DNA of 64,000 bases. Origin: Vicugna vicugna (lineage: Eukaryota). A program made the position numbers and the translations under genes. The notes below the pieces were generated by a model. It saw nothing but the letters and a program-made list of their open reading frames with translations. It had not been told where the DNA came from and searched no databases. The stretch spans positions 744,001 to 808,000 of the forward strand of contig MU062288.1 in the NCBI GenBank assembly GCA_013265495.1, written 5' to 3'. Shown one piece after another: positions 58,976 through 64,000 of the stretch; the stretch's first letter is position 1, and every line of letters begins with the position of its first letter.

Positions 58976-61249
58976 ACAGTGTGCAAATAAGGTCATTTAG
59001 ATCGTGGCACTGTGTGAAATTACAGCAAAGAGAATGGAGAGGCGAAGAGACAAGGCCTGTTCTTAGATTCCCAGGTGCGTGCTTTTGATGGAGAGTGAGG
59101 GACAGGAAGAACACCTAATGGACACTCACTGCCGTCAAGTCATGGTCAGGGAAGGAGAGACAGAGAGGGGTGCAGACCGCTCACCAGGTGACATGGAAAA
59201 GGCACGCTGTGCCCTCCCCTGGCCCCGAGTGGGGTGTGGTCCTTGTCTCTGTTCCTCCGCGAGGCCTGCCGTCGGCTCCCTCGTCACCGTCACTGTCACC
59301 GCTGTGTTGCTTTGCTGCGACGTTCCTGGGACTTAGCAGGGGGTCAGCGTGCGCATTTGCTGTCCGAGTCGATGTGTGGGGTCTGACTAGGACGGTTCTG
59401 ATGAGTACTGAGGAGCTGTACCTTTTTTAAAAACCTCCCCGACTTTTTATGGCCTCTTGCTGCCATGTCAGCGGGTGGGCAAACGAGTGGAAGGAAACTA
59501 AAGGGCTGTCCGATGAGTTCCCATCCCTGCAGCCAGGGCTCCCGCGCTTTCGCGTCCTTTGTTCCTTTTAACGTCCACACACGCCCCGTCGGAGGGAGCA
59601 CGCCTGGCTGTGCTGGAGAACGCGCTTGGAATAATACTGCTGATCCATTTTAACATAGTCTTTCTCCTTTTGTTTCACCCTGAGGATAAAAGCTGTCTCT
59701 TAGACTTTTCCCCTGATCTTAATCATACTAAGATAAAAAATAGTAAAATGTCCAATTTTAGCAAGCATAAATGTGAGTTATTCTCTCCAGACCCTTCATT
59801 TTGAAGGCGGGGAGCCCGGGGCTCAGAGGAGGTACTCAGGCTGTCGCGGCTGCTTGGTGGTGGAGTGAAGACCACACCGAAGGCCTCGTGACGTCCAGGA
59901 TTTAACTCTGGCTCTGGCACAGCCCTAACACGTACCGACGCTCTCCTACGCCAACCTCAAAAATGCAGCTTCAGCCCCGAAGTCGTGCTTCTCCTGACAC
60001 CAGGTGCCCGTATCCTCACAAGCAGGCGGGTTGTGGTCCTGGAGATGGTGGTCCTCCTGCAACGCAAGCAGGGATTCCCCGGGGAGCATGACGCTCCCAG
60101 GGGCTCCCTGGGGTCAGTCTAACGGCTTTCTCGTCCAAAGCTTTCCGAGAACTTCATGCTCCACCCACGAGGCTTGCTTGCTAAGTCGTCAGCTTAACTT
60201 ATTTACCCCGTATCTTTTATCTCAGTTTTCTGGTTGTATTTTATCAAAGTCATCTTTACTTTAGTGGAGCTAAAGCTGTGGTTTTGCAAATTAAATCAGT
60301 TGTGGGTTTCTGCATGTATCTCCTCCATGTGTTTACTAAGCTTTAAAAAAAAAAGCGCTAACATTATGTCTGTTTTCATCTTGACAGTTGTGTGAGGGAA
60401 GATTTGTTTTGCTTAAGGTTCTTTTAAACAAATTCAGAACTATTTAGCAGAACGCATTTTCAGAAACCAAAATATTTTTAAATGCCCTGTGTAAGCTACC
60501 TCTTTAGCCAGAGTCGAATTCCCTTAAAGTTTGGAAGTTTGTCTGTAATGAAGAAATCATGTGGCATTTGAGTCCGGACTTAATGATTTAGGCAAAGGGA
60601 AGGCGTTTTATGTTTTTCGACGTGGAAGAGAGTTGGAAAGACATTTCTTATGGCCAAGGTAGAGGAGGGGTAGGCAGCGCACAGACAAGGGGGTTGGTAC
60701 GAATTAGGAATCCATTGTAAGCATCTGGGGAAAATGCCTGACGTTCTCAAGCTAAAGGACTGAACAGTGAGGATCACATGCGAAAGAAACGACCAGGTCA
60801 GATTCATGGGGCTTGTCGCACAGTCACTTGTGACGATGAAAACGAAGGAGCCCTCACAGGCGATTCTGATGTTCCTAGCCCGGACGATTCAGTAGACGGC
60901 AATTCCGCTGATGAAGACAGGCGGGGGAGCGGAGGCAGGGGCCTTGAGGAAAAGGCAGAATCCGCATTTGTTTCGGTTGTGCTTGAGGACCTTGGAGAGG
61001 CCCAGCGTGTAGATGAGCGTACGGGGCTGAAGGACGCGTAAGCGTAGCTCAAGAAGAATGTACTTTTCCAGTTGCTGCTAAGTAGAGGGTCGCTGGGGCC
61101 GCCCACGTGGCCAAGATGAGCCAGAAAGCAGTCAACACCTGGACATGTTCCGTCAGGGTTAGGTAAAGAAAGCTGAACCCACAGGGCAGCCTGCAGGGTG
61201 AGCGAAGAGGCGGGAGGGCAGGAGGGAGGAAGCGGAGGGAGGAGACCGG

Positions 61250-61525
61250 GAATGAGCTGGGGGTCTGGAAACGGCCTCGCCCGCGCCCTTCGGGCCGCAG
61301 GGGCAGCAGGGGGGCGGGCAGGGCAGGGAAGCAGACGGAAGGCGGCCAAGGGGAGCTAGCTGGAGAGGGCGAGAAGGCAGAGCCACACCCGCGCCTGCGG
61401 GAGAAGCGGTGTCAGGGATCGCAAGGATGTCGGGGGTGCAGGAAAATAAGTGCTCCGGTTCCAGGGATGTGCCCAGGGCTGCGCTCACATGGGACCCTCG
61501 GGGGAGAATAAGAGGCGGAGAAGAG
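61250..61525 (+). promoter_or_regulatory. CpG-rich segment with candidate alternative first exon
   Basis: Local CpG/GC enrichment, GC box gggcggg, ATG at 61427 open to the donor GAG|GTAAGT (GT at 61526). Confidence 0.4.
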
Positions 61526-61769
61526 GTAAGTTGAGCGAGAGGGAAGGACGTTGAACCAATGTCTGTCTTGTGGCCTCCATTTTTCTGGTGAAAATAGACA
61601 AGCTTATCTGCTGGGGGTGGAGAAGGCAGAGTTATGGTTTTGGAGAAGAAGGAGAAAAAGTGTGAGGCAGCCTGTTTAGGAAACAGGAAAGGAAGCAGAC
61701 CAGGAATGAGATTCAAAAACTTAAGTTACTATTGTCAGCAGATTCAGTAATTAATCACGTGCTTACATT

Positions 61770-62030
61770 ATCTGTTGCTTTTTGCTGTGGTAAAAATACA
61801 CATAGATATTTTCATTTTAACCATTTTAAGTGTACAATTCAGTGGCATTAATTAGATTCACCGTGATGTGCGACCATCGTATCACCAGTTTCCAGAATGC
61901 CTTCATCCTCACAAGCAGAAAGTCTGGACGTGACTCCCTGCCCTCGGCCCCTGGTGATCATCATTCCACTTTCTGTGCGCGTGAACTTGCCTTTTCTGGA
62001 TTTCTCATATTATTGGTTGCTTCTCAAGCA
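61770..62030 (-). mobile_element. L1 3'UTR fragment
   Basis: 'ttttaaccattttaagtgtacaattcagtggcattaattagattcaccgtgatgtgcgaccatc' is antisense L1. Confidence 0.85.
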
Positions 62031-62159
62031 TGGTCCATCAAATAAGAAAAGGGGAGATAACAAGGGAATAATTCTAACTATAACGTTCAGTAGACCAAGA
62101 GGCCATTCCTAAACCGTCCTCCGTTTTGTGAATCCACTTGTGAAACCCCACAACGGTGG

Positions 62160-62317
62160 TATAAAATTGGTATGGTGCGTTGGCTGCGAAGTCATTCCAA
62201 TTTGCTTTGGGACCCCTTCAGTTCTTCCTTGATGTTTACTTTCGACACGCATCCACAACAACGGATGTCTTTTTTTCTCCCATCCGAATGAGAGCATAGA
62301 ATCGCGGTTTGGTAAGT
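62160..62317 (+). promoter_or_regulatory. Candidate TATA-Inr core promoter with short first exon and donor
   Basis: TATAAAA at 62160-62166, Inr-like TCATTCC with A at 62194, TTG|GTAAGT at 62312-62317. Confidence 0.35.
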
Positions 62318-63079
62318 ATCTTTCTGTTTAGCCATCTGTTTTCACAGCGTTGCTTTATCCATGTGAATTTTCACTGTCTGAAATAGGAGTTCCTAAAAAC
62401 AGCTTTTGTATATGCATCACGTAGAGAGATGAGAGGCTTTGCTGCTGAGACATGTGAACAAAGAGCCACTCGGCTTTAGGGTCAGTTACAGGTGACACGA
62501 ACAGACCCTCAAGAGGAGACGCAAATAAATGAAGAAGGCGTTGGACTAGGCTCTTTTTAATGGAAATGCTTTTCCTTGCCAAGGGAAGTAGATGCTGATA
62601 AGAGACTTACTGGAGGAGTATCTGGTGTTGCAGCCAGTCATCCCTCAGCCAGAGCTGGTGGGAGCCCAGCTGTGCCTCTTCCTGTAGCCGTGGGCGTGGC
62701 CTCACGCACTGCCTTCTGCGCTAGGGCTTTTGAGGGACCTGTCGTCAAGCACAGCGTTTCCTCCCCAGGCCTGGAGCTGGCCGCCTCCCCTCTAAATGCC
62801 GCTGACCCAGCTGTCAAAAAGGGGAACGGTTTTCATATTGCTTCCCTACCTTGCCCTTACATCATATCATCCGATTCCAGTGCCGTTTATTTGATTCCCC
62901 TCTCTGAGCCCCATTTCTGTCCTAAAGTTGCCACTATGCAGTTTCCTCTCTTCAGCATTGCAGCTCCTTCAGAAATCCGTGTGCACATCACCTACTGGCC
63001 TCTGTTGCTTTGTGTGTGAGTCATGTAACCCAAGGACACTACAATCTGCTTGAAGTTCACGTGTTCACCATTTTCCACA

Positions 63080-63570
63080 TGAGGACACTGTTAGTCAATT
63101 TCACAGAGCGTGCAGTTCTAACGGTGATGACCAGGGCGCTGGCGGGAAGGAGGAGAGAGGGGGTTATTGTNNNNNNNNNNNNNNNNNNNNNNNNNNNNNN
63201 NNNNNNNNNNNNNNNNNNNNNNNNNNNNNNNNNNNNNNNNNNNNNNNNNNNNNNNNNNNNNNNNNNNNNNNNNNNNNNNNNNNNNNNNNNNNNNNNNNNN
63301 NNNNNNNNNTGGTACAGCCACAATGGAAAACAATATGGCAGGTCTTCAGAAAAATTAAGAATGGAATTTTGGTATGACCCAATAGCTCAAAGAGAGATTT
63401 GCACACCTACATTCACAGCAGGATTATTCACAATGGCCAGTAGATGGAAACAACCCAAACATCCATTGACAGATGAATGGATAAGCAAAATGGTGATGTG
63501 TACAAAAGGTGGAATATCATTTAGCCTTGAAAAGGAAGGATACTCTGACATATGCTCTAACATGGGGTTG
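63080..63570 (+). mobile_element. L1 ORF2 C-terminal fragment, partly N-masked
   Basis: Translates to ICTPTFTAGLFTMASRWKQPKHPLTDEWISKM, the L1 ORF2p end. Confidence 0.9.
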
Positions 63571-63589
63571 AATAATATTCTACTTCAAC

Positions 63590-63720
63590 CTTTTTGGACT
63601 TCTGTTGCCTCCTTTGTAAAATGGGATCAGTAGCCCATTCCTCAGAGGTTGGTGTGAGGATCTAATGAGCCATGAACAGTGATGGATGATGCATACAGTG
63701 CTTTGGTCCATGATACACAC
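63590..63720 (+). mobile_element. MIR fragment
   Basis: 'gcctcctttgtaaaatgggatcagtagcccattcctcagaggttggtgtgaggatctaatgag'. Confidence 0.7.
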
Positions 63721-64000
63721 TTGCTTCCTTCTCTTCCCTTCCTAAATTATAAATTTCATGAGGACCAGGTGCAAGAAACATGCTTTTCTCATTTCCCTAG
63801 TTCCTGATGGCACGCATTATTGACAGCACAGTTATTACCATGTTTAGTTGCACTGGAGAATCTCCTTATTCAGTAAATGAGAGATCTGCTCGTTCCCAGG
63901 GCCCCAGGATTCCAACAGCGATTGTCTGTTTCACTCTTTCCTGCCACTTTCCCCACAACCCCCACCACCCGTAACTCAGGAACGTGGGGAAAGGAACAGC

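Noticed and set aside
60778-61041. Acidic 87-aa small ORF (MRKKRPGQ...DDENEG...)
   Set aside because: Underlying purine-rich DNA resembles degraded antisense L2, which explains the D/E/G bias; no homologue recognised. Ribosome profiling or conservation would be needed to revive it.
1-64000. CRISPR arrays, tRNA or rRNA genes, operon-like or prokaryotic systems, intact ERV or transposase genes
   Set aside because: None seen; the sequence is ordinary mammalian intergenic and intronic DNA throughout with no compositionally foreign block.

Overview
Mammalian genomic DNA, probably camelid (inferred from the repeated L1 3'-end motif 'gacacattgtaactgac..tacttcaattaaaa'). Most of the window is decayed repeats: L1, L2, L3/CR1, MIR, MLT1 and ERVL/ERV1 LTRs, and a hAT-Charlie fossil. 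I found no recognisable protein-coding ORF, rRNA, tRNA or CRISPR array. The long six-frame ORFs trace to repeats or GC-rich sequence. The one clear genic landmark is a CpG-island promoter at ~43.0-43.5 kb with an ATG-less first exon ending in CAG|GTAAGT on the + strand; I cannot name the gene. The downstream 20 kb behaves like its first intron and holds candidate extra 5' exons at 53.6, 61.4-61.5 and 62.2-62.3 kb. The best-supported unusual items are retrotransposition by-products: a full-length U6/L1 chimeric retrocopy, a twin-primed inverted L1, two poly(A)-only insertions with target-site duplications (TSDs), and several tiny L1 tails with TSDs. I see no evidence for a novel multi-gene system. 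Repeat family names are from memory of consensus sequences and their boundaries are approximate.
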